Source of the DNA: Bacteroidia bacterium
GTDB taxonomy: Bacteria; Bacteroidota; Bacteroidia; SpSt-205
Reading direction: 5' to 3'
DNA length: 60,459 nucleotides
NCBI GenBank assembly: GCA_025057135.1
Contig: JANWXY010000022.1
Location: forward strand, 1-60,459
Each line of letters starts with the position of its first letter. Positions within the stretch are counted from its first letter, which is position 1. Positions 10,916 through 18,534 of this stretch are shown piece after piece. A model generated the notes under the pieces. The model was not told the origin of the DNA. It made no database searches and saw nothing but the letters and a program-made list of their open reading frames with translations. The translations under genes were made by a program, and so were the position numbers.

Positions 10916-11337
10916 TGCCAACTATTTTCACTCAAATTGCAGAAGGCAAACTTCCCGCCTATCGGGTCGCCGAAACAGATGACTATCTCGCTTTTCTGGA
11001 TATACGCCCCCTCACTCGCGGGCACACACTCGTCATTCCTAAGCGGGAAGTAGATTACCTCTTAGACCTGGAAGAGCCACTTTATGTAGGCTTGTGGCTA
11101 TTTGCCAAGGAAGTCGCTCGGGCTATTCACATGGCTATTCCCTGTGAAAGGGTGGCTTTTGCGGTAGTTGGATTAGAAGTACCCCATGCGCATATTCACC
11201 TGGTTCCCATTCGTTCTATATCTGACCTCAACTTCCAAAATCCTCGGATAGAGCTCTCCCCTCAGGAGTTTCAGGCTACCGCAGAAGCGATTCAAGCAAA
11301 GCTGCGGGAATTGCACCCACAAAAAACCTCCTCATAG
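10915..11337 (+). CDS. HIT-family nucleotide hydrolase
   Basis: AFLDIRPLTRGHTLVIPK and VPHAHIH histidine triad. Confidence 0.92.
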   Translation: MPTIFTQIAEGKLPAYRVAETDDYLAFLDIRPLTRGHTLVIPKREVDYLLDLEEPLYVGLWLFAKEVARAIHMAIPCERVAFAVVGLEVPHAHIHLVPIRSISDLNFQNPRIELSPQEFQATAEAIQAKLRELHPQKTSS

Positions 11338-12466
11338 GGGCTCCAAGCGCTCGAAGCCACGGACTCGCCTCAGCCAAGGGAATCAGTCGGTTATCTTTTT
11401 GGAAAATGTAAATATCCTCTCCCTGAGCGGGAAGATAAGCTAAGTTTTCTGCCCAGCCTTCTATCCAAAACCACTCTTTCCATGGGTGCGCTTGTGGGGG
11501 GAGCTTTTCTATCCACTCCTGATACATCTCAGTGGCTTGAGAGGGCTCCCCCAGAAACCTAACCTTGTAGGGTACACGCCAAAGAAGGGCACGACTGAGC
11601 GCCCTCACAGGTGGATGGATGGAGTCTACCCCTTCGTGAATCCAGCTCCAAACGATACTTTCATCCAGCCTGAGAAAAATATCCAACACTGCGTCAGACA
11701 GCCCCGAGCGTAATCGCCGAACAGCCTCAGGCAAACAATCAAAAGCATCCAATACCGCCCACCACCGCTGCAGAAGCCGCTCCGCCCCCAAGACCCCTTT
11801 GTGAAGATAAACCTGCCAGTACATAAACCGTCGCGTAACGATGAACTTCTCCACGGAATTGAGCCCCTTCTCCTCTATGACCAAGCGATTGTCCGCTACC
11901 GCCATGGTATGAATCAACCGTTCCGTACCGATAAGTCCCTCCTGCACTCCCGTGAAGAAACTGTCTCTGACCAAATAATCCAGCCTATCTACATCTAACT
12001 GACTGATCAGCAGCTCAGAAAGAAAAGGAAACTCATGAGAGCCCCGCCACAGTGCGCGAACCTCAGCTAACTCTCCCACTTCCTTCTCCAACAACGCTAA
12101 AACCTCCTCTCCTAACTGCTCATGCGATAAAGGCACAATCAAACCCTCCAAGCTGTGGGAAAAAGGACCATGCCCAATATCATGCAATAGTGCCCCGAGA
12201 AGCACAGACTCCCATGTATCGGCAGAAATCTGGACACCTTTCCTGGTCAGGATGGTAAGAGCCTCATCCGCCAAATGCATCACCCCTAAGGCATGCGCAA
12301 AACGCGTATGAACCGCCCCGGGATAAACAAAGTATGCCAAGCCAAGCTGGGAGAGGCGTCGCAACCGCTGCACAATAGGACTACTTAAGGCACGGAGTAC
12401 CCGCCCCTCTGGTATCCGAATAAACCCATGGACAGGGTCGTTGATGATTTTAGCGGTGGGCAGCAC
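11276..12466 (-). CDS. HD-domain phosphohydrolase (dNTP triphosphohydrolase/SAMHD1-like)
   Basis: INDPVHG, QRLRRLSQLG, HTRFAH, LLHDIGHGPFSH, LDVDRLDY motifs. Probable GTG start at 12466. Confidence 0.88.
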   Translation of the reverse strand: MLPTAKIINDPVHGFIRIPEGRVLRALSSPIVQRLRRLSQLGLAYFVYPGAVHTRFAHALGVMHLADEALTILTRKGVQISADTWESVLLGALLHDIGHGPFSHSLEGLIVPLSHEQLGEEVLALLEKEVGELAEVRALWRGSHEFPFLSELLISQLDVDRLDYLVRDSFFTGVQEGLIGTERLIHTMAVADNRLVIEEKGLNSVEKFIVTRRFMYWQVYLHKGVLGAERLLQRWWAVLDAFDCLPEAVRRLRSGLSDAVLDIFLRLDESIVWSWIHEGVDSIHPPVRALSRALLWRVPYKVRFLGEPSQATEMYQEWIEKLPPQAHPWKEWFWIEGWAENLAYLPAQGEDIYIFQKDNRLIPLAEASPWLRALGAPMRRFFVGAIPAALLESLLR

Positions 12467-12470
12467 GCCC

Positions 12471-12491
12471 AGAAGGTACAAACTATCTTTG
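12471..12491. promoter_or_regulatory. Back-to-back -7 boxes (HD gene / acyl-CoA synthetase)
   Basis: TACCTTCT on - strand (12478-12471) and TATCTTTG on + strand (12484-12491), each 4 nt from a start codon. Confidence 0.6.
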
Positions 12492-12495
12492 CTTC

Positions 12496-14583
12496 ATGCA
12501 GATGGAAAATCCTACCTCAGATCAGATACAAGCCTGGTGTGCCGCATGTCGCCACTCTACCCTCTCAGGGGAAGATTTTTCTCGGCACATACGCCTCTAT
12601 GAGCAGATATTCGGGAAAGAGCCCATACCTCCATTCTTTCCTCTGTGGTATCCTCAGTACATGGGAAATGTCCAACAAACCAACCTATACCAGACTATTC
12701 AGCTATGGCGGGAAAAGCTTGTCAAAAATACAAGCGTCGCGCCCAGCGGCGACCTGCCAGAAGAGCTTTATGCAGCTTTTCATCGGTGGAGCGTAGAACA
12801 TCGGGCAGATTTCTGGCGATATGTGATATTTGACCGCCTGAACATCCCTTTTCAGCACCCCCCCGAGACCATCTTGAGTTTCCCTAAAGGAAACATTGAG
12901 CAGCCGAAGTGGCTAGATGGAGCCGCATGGAATGTCATAGAAGTGCTTCTGAGACAGCCCCCTGAGCATACCGCTCTAATCTACGAGCGAGAAAATGGAG
13001 AAAGTCAAAAATGGAACTACGGGGACCTCATCACATATATAAAGCGCACTGCCGGCGCTCTATACGCACAAGGTCTCAGAGAAGGAGACCGAATAGCCCT
13101 ATGCCTGCCTATGCGTCCAGAAGCGATCTTTTTATATCTCGGGGCATTATATGCTGGCATTTCGGTGGCGACAATTCCAGATAGTCTATCAGGTGAGGAA
13201 ATCTCCGCTCGGCTTCGCATAGCCAAGCCTAAGCTGCTATTTATACAAGATGGGCTGCATCGAGAAGGAAAATTTATCCCGCTATACGAACGGCTACAAG
13301 CACACCCGCTCCCCCCTACCATCGTCCTCCCCGGTAAAGAAGCCATACAAACACGCCTGCGCAACAATGCATCCACATGGATGCAGTTCATTTCAGATAG
13401 TCAATCACTTTCCCAGCCCTACTATGGACCTTCCGATAAGGAAATAGGCGTTCTTTTCTCCTCAGGTACGACCGCCGAACCGAAGGCTATCCCCTGGACC
13501 CAGCTCACCGCTATCAAGGCCCTGGCAGACGCCTATTTTTATCATGACGTCCACCCTACCGACACTATCACATGGCATACCAATCTCGGCTGGATGATGG
13601 GGCCTTGGCTGCTTTTCGCAGGTTTCGGGCATGGAGCTACCATAGCATTGTATGAAGGCCCTCCGACAAGCCCCAGCTATTGCAAGTTTATAGAACGGCA
13701 AAGCATCACCATTTTAGGCGTTGTTCCCTCTCTCGTGAGACGCTGGATAGAGACTGACGCATGGAAAGAAGCCGACTGGTCACAGATTAGGTTATTTAGC
13801 TCTACTGGAGAGGCTTCCAATCCATGGCACATGTGGCGCCTCATGGCAAAAGCAAACTATAAACCCATCATAGAATACTGCGGCGGCACCGAAATCGGCG
13901 GAGGATACATTACCAGCACCCTTATCCATCCAAATGCACCGAGCCAGTTTTGTGTTCCTGCTTTGGGGATAGACTTTATCCTTTTGAATGAAATGAACCA
14001 GCCAGACACCGAAGGTGAGCTTTTTCTCCTCCCCCCTTCCATAGGCTTGTCTCAAACCCTCCTGAATGCCGACCATCACAAAGTCTATTACCAAGACACC
14101 CCACCTATTCAAGAAGGGTGGAAAGGGGCTTCTGATGCGCCTATATCGCTCACTTACGAAGGCGTGCGCATGCATTTACGCAGACATGGAGACTACATGC
14201 GACGGTTACCCTCAGGACGATGGAGCTCCGGAGGGCGCGCCGATGATGCGATGAATCTCGGAGGCATAAAGGTATCCGCTGCAGAAATTGAGCGGGTGGT
14301 AGCACAAGTTCCTGGCGTTGGCGAGGCCGCCGCCATCGCCGTACCCCCGCCAGAAGGCGGACCAGAACGGCTTATTCTTTATATCGTCCAGGCGCAGGGC
14401 ACCAGCCGAGAGCCCGAAGAATGGCAGACCCTCCTTTCCCAGCAGATTCGCGAAAAGCTCAGTCCCCTTTTTCATCTCCACGCTGTGGAAATCGTCTCTG
14501 AGCTCCCTCGCACCGCCTCTAACAAGGTAATGCGCAGACTTCTGCGCACACAGTACTTAGAAGCTATTCAGAAGGGCAAATAG
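12496..14583 (+). CDS. AMP-dependent acyl-CoA synthetase (AAE17/AAE18-like)
   Basis: LFSSGTTAEPK P-loop, TNLGWMMGPW, STGE, EYCGGTE, GRADD, LPRTASNKVMRR. Confidence 0.88.
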   Translation: MQMENPTSDQIQAWCAACRHSTLSGEDFSRHIRLYEQIFGKEPIPPFFPLWYPQYMGNVQQTNLYQTIQLWREKLVKNTSVAPSGDLPEELYAAFHRWSVEHRADFWRYVIFDRLNIPFQHPPETILSFPKGNIEQPKWLDGAAWNVIEVLLRQPPEHTALIYERENGESQKWNYGDLITYIKRTAGALYAQGLREGDRIALCLPMRPEAIFLYLGALYAGISVATIPDSLSGEEISARLRIAKPKLLFIQDGLHREGKFIPLYERLQAHPLPPTIVLPGKEAIQTRLRNNASTWMQFISDSQSLSQPYYGPSDKEIGVLFSSGTTAEPKAIPWTQLTAIKALADAYFYHDVHPTDTITWHTNLGWMMGPWLLFAGFGHGATIALYEGPPTSPSYCKFIERQSITILGVVPSLVRRWIETDAWKEADWSQIRLFSSTGEASNPWHMWRLMAKANYKPIIEYCGGTEIGGGYITSTLIHPNAPSQFCVPALGIDFILLNEMNQPDTEGELFLLPPSIGLSQTLLNADHHKVYYQDTPPIQEGWKGASDAPISLTYEGVRMHLRRHGDYMRRLPSGRWSSGGRADDAMNLGGIKVSAAEIERVVAQVPGVGEAAAIAVPPPEGGPERLILYIVQAQGTSREPEEWQTLLSQQIREKLSPLFHLHAVEIVSELPRTASNKVMRRLLRTQYLEAIQKGK

Positions 14584-14724
14584 CCAAAGTCAAGCAAAGC
14601 AGACTGCACAGGCTCAATTTCGTCAGGCAGAATCTGCGCGTCAAAGTATCCTTGACCGCGACCAGCTCTGATGCCCTCTACCAGTAGGCGATCTTCTCTG
14701 GACGCGAAATCTTACACTTGTAGT

Positions 14725-14961
14725 ATGCAGCCTAAAATCCCTCAAAAAGCCCCATACGGAATAGAGCTACAACCAGGGACCTACTACTGGTGCGCCTGCG
14801 GACACAGCCAAAAGCAGCCATTCTGTGACGGTAGCCACAAAGGCACAGGCTTTACTCCGGTGAAGTTTACAATCCAAACGCCTAAAAAGGTCTGGATATG
14901 CGGCTGTAAGCACACCCAATCCACACCCTTTTGTGATGGTAGTCACCGCAGCCTTCCATAA
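14725..14961 (+). CDS. Double CDGSH [2Fe-2S] protein (CISD3/MiNT-like)
   Basis: Two C-x-C-x9-CDGSH motifs. ATG 14725 follows a TACACTTG box. Confidence 0.9.
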   Translation: MQPKIPQKAPYGIELQPGTYYWCACGHSQKQPFCDGSHKGTGFTPVKFTIQTPKKVWICGCKHTQSTPFCDGSHRSLP

Positions 14962-15050
14962 TCCACTGACTGAGCCAATCAAATTTTGGGCAATATTCGG
15001 CGCCTACTCTTCATAGAAATAACAGCTGTTGCGCGGGGCAGGCCAGCACC

Positions 15051-16085
15051 CTATCGAAGGGGCATACTTACCACCTCTACCTCTGGGAAGGTATCCCTTA
15101 CACGCTGTAAATCTGTGTCTGTGAGAAAGGTCTGCATGGCGAGTCGGCTGAGACGACCGAGAGCCGAGAGTCTATCTCTATCTAACTTTTCGCCTACATC
15201 ATCTAAAAGTAAAATGGGTTGTCCCCCTTTTGCCCGTAGGTGGGCAACTTCTGCCCACTTGAGCGCGATAAGGAGTGATTTTTTCTGTCCCTCGGACGCA
15301 TAGCCACGAGCAGGACGCCCATCCAGCCTGAGGATAAAGTCTTCTAGATGAGGACCTATGAGAGTCCTACCCAATCTTTGTTCATCTTTACGCAGTCGCT
15401 GCCAAGCTGATAACCAAGCCTCACGCTCCATTTCTACGGAGAGCTTATAGTTCAGCTCTAAGGGCTCTCCCCCAAAGTGTGTATAAAACTCTGCGAGAAT
15501 AGGCGAGAAATGTTCGCTGAGCTCTTGACGCATCTTCTGGATGCGAATGCCCTCAGAGATGAGAAGGGTTTCCCAAAGCTCCAGTTGAGCGGGCATCACA
15601 TCGGCTCTGCTTAGCAGAGCATTTCGTTGATCTAAGGCGCGCTGGTACCGGCTAAGGGCCTCTAAGTAGGCAGGAGAAATTTGACATAGGAGCTTATCTG
15701 ACCAGCGACGACGCTCGGCGGCACTACCTTCTATCCAGCTTATATCTGCTGGACGCAAAGACACCACTGGGAAGCGCCCTACCCATTGAGACAAAGGCTG
15801 AACCAGCTCTCCCTGCCAGTATAAGCGATTGCCCTTACCTTTCTCATAGAGCAGCTCCACGATACCCTCGGACACCCGAGCACGCAATCGGTAGGCAGAG
15901 CTGCCCCACCGCACCATCTCCTCATCTTTACCGAAGCCGCGCAGAATCGTGAGCTTTTGGATAGCTTCTAAAATGGAGGTCTTGCCAGAGGCATTTGGTC
16001 CGACCCAAGCAGTACCCCTCTCACCCAGTTCAAGGACTATGTGAGCATAACACCTAAAATTTGACAGCTCAATTGCCCGAAGCAC
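15051..16085 (-). CDS. recF: DNA replication/repair ATPase RecF
   Basis: NFRCY, Walker A GPNASGKT, ALDQRNALL, ASEGQKK signature, LLLDD Walker B. Confidence 0.9.
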   Translation of the reverse strand: MLRAIELSNFRCYAHIVLELGERGTAWVGPNASGKTSILEAIQKLTILRGFGKDEEMVRWGSSAYRLRARVSEGIVELLYEKGKGNRLYWQGELVQPLSQWVGRFPVVSLRPADISWIEGSAAERRRWSDKLLCQISPAYLEALSRYQRALDQRNALLSRADVMPAQLELWETLLISEGIRIQKMRQELSEHFSPILAEFYTHFGGEPLELNYKLSVEMEREAWLSAWQRLRKDEQRLGRTLIGPHLEDFILRLDGRPARGYASEGQKKSLLIALKWAEVAHLRAKGGQPILLLDDVGEKLDRDRLSALGRLSRLAMQTFLTDTDLQRVRDTFPEVEVVSMPLR

Positions 16086-16090
16086 CAGTG

Positions 16091-16114
16091 TATCTTTGCT
16101 TCATGGCAAAAGTA
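16091..16114. promoter_or_regulatory. Divergent -7 boxes for pdhA (+) and recF (-)
   Basis: TATCTTTG (16091-16098) lies 4 nt before the pdhA ATG. TACTTTTG on - strand (16114-16107) lies inside the first codons of pdhA. Confidence 0.55.
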
Positions 16115-17119
16115 AAAGCTCCGGAGGTGCAGCCCTACACGCGAGAGCAACTTCTTTTCTGGTATCGGCAAATGTTAGCGGTGCGGCGCATGGAAGAAAA
16201 AGCCGCCCAGCTCTATACCCAACAGAAAATTCGCGGCTTCCTCCATCTATATATCGGACAGGAAGCCACCGGCATGGGCATAGAGGCAGCTATCCGTCCA
16301 GAGGACTATGTCATCACAGGATACCGAGAACATGGAAATGCCTACTTCCGAGGTATCTCCATGCGCGCAATCATGGCAGAACTGATGGCCAAAGAAACGG
16401 GCTGCTCCCGTGGCAAGGGTGGGTCTATGCACATGTTTTCCAAAGAACGACGATTTCTGGGAGGCCACGGAATTGTGGGAGCTCAAATAGGGATTGGCAC
16501 AGGTGTGGCTTTTGCTATCAAGTATCGTGGAGAAGACTTGATTAGCGTGACGATGTTTGGAGACGGAGCCGCTCGCCAAGGCATGCTTCATGAGAGCTTC
16601 AATATGGCTATGCTATGGACACTGCCCGTTTTGTACATATGCGAAAATAATCAGTATGCTATGGGCACTGCAGTCACTCGTAGCTCTAATGTAACAGAAA
16701 TCTATCGCCTCGCTTGCGCATACGACATGCCCTCTCAGAGAGTAGATGGCATGAGTATATTTTCCGTATATGAAGCGGTGCGTCATGCCGCTGAACATAT
16801 TCGTTCAGGAAAAGGGCCATACTTCCTGGAAATAATGACCTACAGATACCGTGGGCACTCCATGTCAGACCCTGCCAAGTATCGTACTCGCGAAGAAGTA
16901 GAAGCGTACAAGGAAAAAGACCCCATAGCCCATTTGCAAAACTATTTATACGAACATCAGCTTGCCACAGAAGCCGACATAGACCGCATAGAAGAAGAGG
17001 TCGCTGCGGAGGTAGCCGATGCTGTGGCTTTCGCAGAAGCGAGTCCTTTCCCTGCCGCAGAGCAGTTGTATGAAGATGTCTATGTGCAGCCAGATTATCC
17101 TTTCCTCAGAGAATGGTGA
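16103..17119 (+). CDS. pdhA: Pyruvate dehydrogenase E1 alpha subunit
   Basis: IRGFLHLYIGQEA, GKGGSMH, GDGA...ENNQY ThDP motif, TYRYRGHSMSDP. Start moved to ATG 16103. Confidence 0.93.
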   Translation: MAKVKAPEVQPYTREQLLFWYRQMLAVRRMEEKAAQLYTQQKIRGFLHLYIGQEATGMGIEAAIRPEDYVITGYREHGNAYFRGISMRAIMAELMAKETGCSRGKGGSMHMFSKERRFLGGHGIVGAQIGIGTGVAFAIKYRGEDLISVTMFGDGAARQGMLHESFNMAMLWTLPVLYICENNQYAMGTAVTRSSNVTEIYRLACAYDMPSQRVDGMSIFSVYEAVRHAAEHIRSGKGPYFLEIMTYRYRGHSMSDPAKYRTREEVEAYKEKDPIAHLQNYLYEHQLATEADIDRIEEEVAAEVADAVAFAEASPFPAAEQLYEDVYVQPDYPFLREW

Positions 17120-18534
17120 AGGTCGGTGCCGCTACTCATCCTGGACGGGTCCGTACCACGAATGAAGACTTCATTTATCACGGACCCACTCCTATCGGGT
17201 ACGTAGGCATTGTATGCGACGGGATGGGGGGGCATGAAGCTGGCGAAGTCGCCGCCCGTATCGCAGCCGAAGCTGCCTATAAGTTCCTATGTGAAGCGCA
17301 GCCTACCCGCGACATGGAAGGGCTATTGCGAGATGCCGTACTCTCCGCCAACCAGCAAATACTTCTGAGGGTACAAGCTCACCCCCAAAGCAAAGCCCCT
17401 GGTTCTACAATCGTAATAGCTCTCATAGACGAGACCCACATCACATTCGCCCATGTGGGCGATAGCCGGCTGTATATGTATCACAAAGGCGAACTCACAC
17501 CTCTGACGCAAGATGACTCCTTGGTGCAGCAGATGTTCTCCTCAGGACTCATCACCGCCGAACAGGCAATCAACCATCCGCAGAAAAATGTCCTTACTCA
17601 AAGTTTAGGACAACATCCCGCCCCGACCCCCCATACAAAACGACTCCCAATAAAAAAGGGAGCTATCTACCTGCTATGCAGTGACGGTCTCTCCAACTCC
17701 CTCTCAAAGGAGGAGCTCACTACTGCTCTGGCTCGTGCCGCCGATACACCGCTGGAAGAGATAGCCAACCTACTCATTCAGCAAGCTAACGCCAACGGAG
17801 GGTACGACAATATCTCTGTGGTGCTCCTGCAGCCCCCTCATAAAACCGCTACCTTTGTAGGTCGTATGAACCTCAAGCTCCCCCCTACGAAGTACCTCAT
17901 CGGTGGTGGCATAGCTATTATCGTCGTAATTCTCGCCGTGATCCTTTTTACCAGAGGGCGCCGCACCCCGCAGACCACAGAGTCCGGAGAAATCGTTATC
18001 ACAGACGACACGACCCCAAGTCCCCAGAACGACAGCACCGCCAGCCTCACAGACTCGGAACTCCCTCCCTCCACCCCCGCAGAAGAAATATCCCCTTCTA
18101 CCCCTCCACCTACTTCTAACCTACCAAACAATCCTCCGTCAGAACTGCCTAAAACCTCCAAATCTACTCCTACTACAAAGAAGCCCACAAAAACTTCAAA
18201 AGAAAATTCTGAATCCTCTTCATCCAATGGAGCAGTCATTGAATACACCATCCAGAAAGGCGATAATCTGCTAAAAATAGCAGAGGCATTCGGCGTTTCG
18301 AGAAATGAAATCAGAAAGATAAACGGGCTGAAGGACGATAACATCAAGGTAGGTAAGAAACTCAAGATTCCAGTCAAGGCCGTACAAACTCATGTGGTTG
18401 GGGAAAAAGAGACTCTCTCTGGCATAGCGAGGAAATATGGTACTCGGGTAGAAGCTATAAAGCGAGCCAACGGCTTAGAAGATGAAAAAATCCGAGAAAA
18501 GCAGAAGCTAATTATCCCAATTCTGAAAAAATGA
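17113..18534 (+). CDS. PP2C/Stp1-type Ser/Thr phosphatase fused to a TM helix, Pro/Ser/Thr linker and two LysM domains
   Basis: PP2C motifs RTTNED, CDGMGGH, HVGDSR, LLCSDGL, GGYDN. TM segment LIGGGIAIIVVILAVILF. LysM repeats YTIQKGDNL...LKIP and HVVGEKETL...LIIP. Confidence 0.85.
   Translation: MVKVGAATHPGRVRTTNEDFIYHGPTPIGYVGIVCDGMGGHEAGEVAARIAAEAAYKFLCEAQPTRDMEGLLRDAVLSANQQILLRVQAHPQSKAPGSTIVIALIDETHITFAHVGDSRLYMYHKGELTPLTQDDSLVQQMFSSGLITAEQAINHPQKNVLTQSLGQHPAPTPHTKRLPIKKGAIYLLCSDGLSNSLSKEELTTALARAADTPLEEIANLLIQQANANGGYDNISVVLLQPPHKTATFVGRMNLKLPPTKYLIGGGIAIIVVILAVILFTRGRRTPQTTESGEIVITDDTTPSPQNDSTASLTDSELPPSTPAEEISPSTPPPTSNLPNNPPSELPKTSKSTPTTKKPTKTSKENSESSSSNGAVIEYTIQKGDNLLKIAEAFGVSRNEIRKINGLKDDNIKVGKKLKIPVKAVQTHVVGEKETLSGIARKYGTRVEAIKRANGLEDEKIREKQKLIIPILKK
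17850..17857 (+). promoter_or_regulatory. Putative internal -7 box before in-frame Met252 (ATG 17866)
   Basis: Exact TACCTTTG 8 nt before an in-frame ATG located between the PP2C domain and the TM-LysM part. Confidence 0.4.

Noticed and set aside
14637-14660. Imperfect hairpin CGCGTCAAAG-TATC-CTTGACCGCG
   Set aside because: Bulged stem without a U-tract; not enough to call a terminator or ncRNA.
17838-18377. 179-aa antisense ORF with hydrophobic stretches
   Set aside because: Mirror of the low-complexity linker codons of the PP2C-LysM gene.
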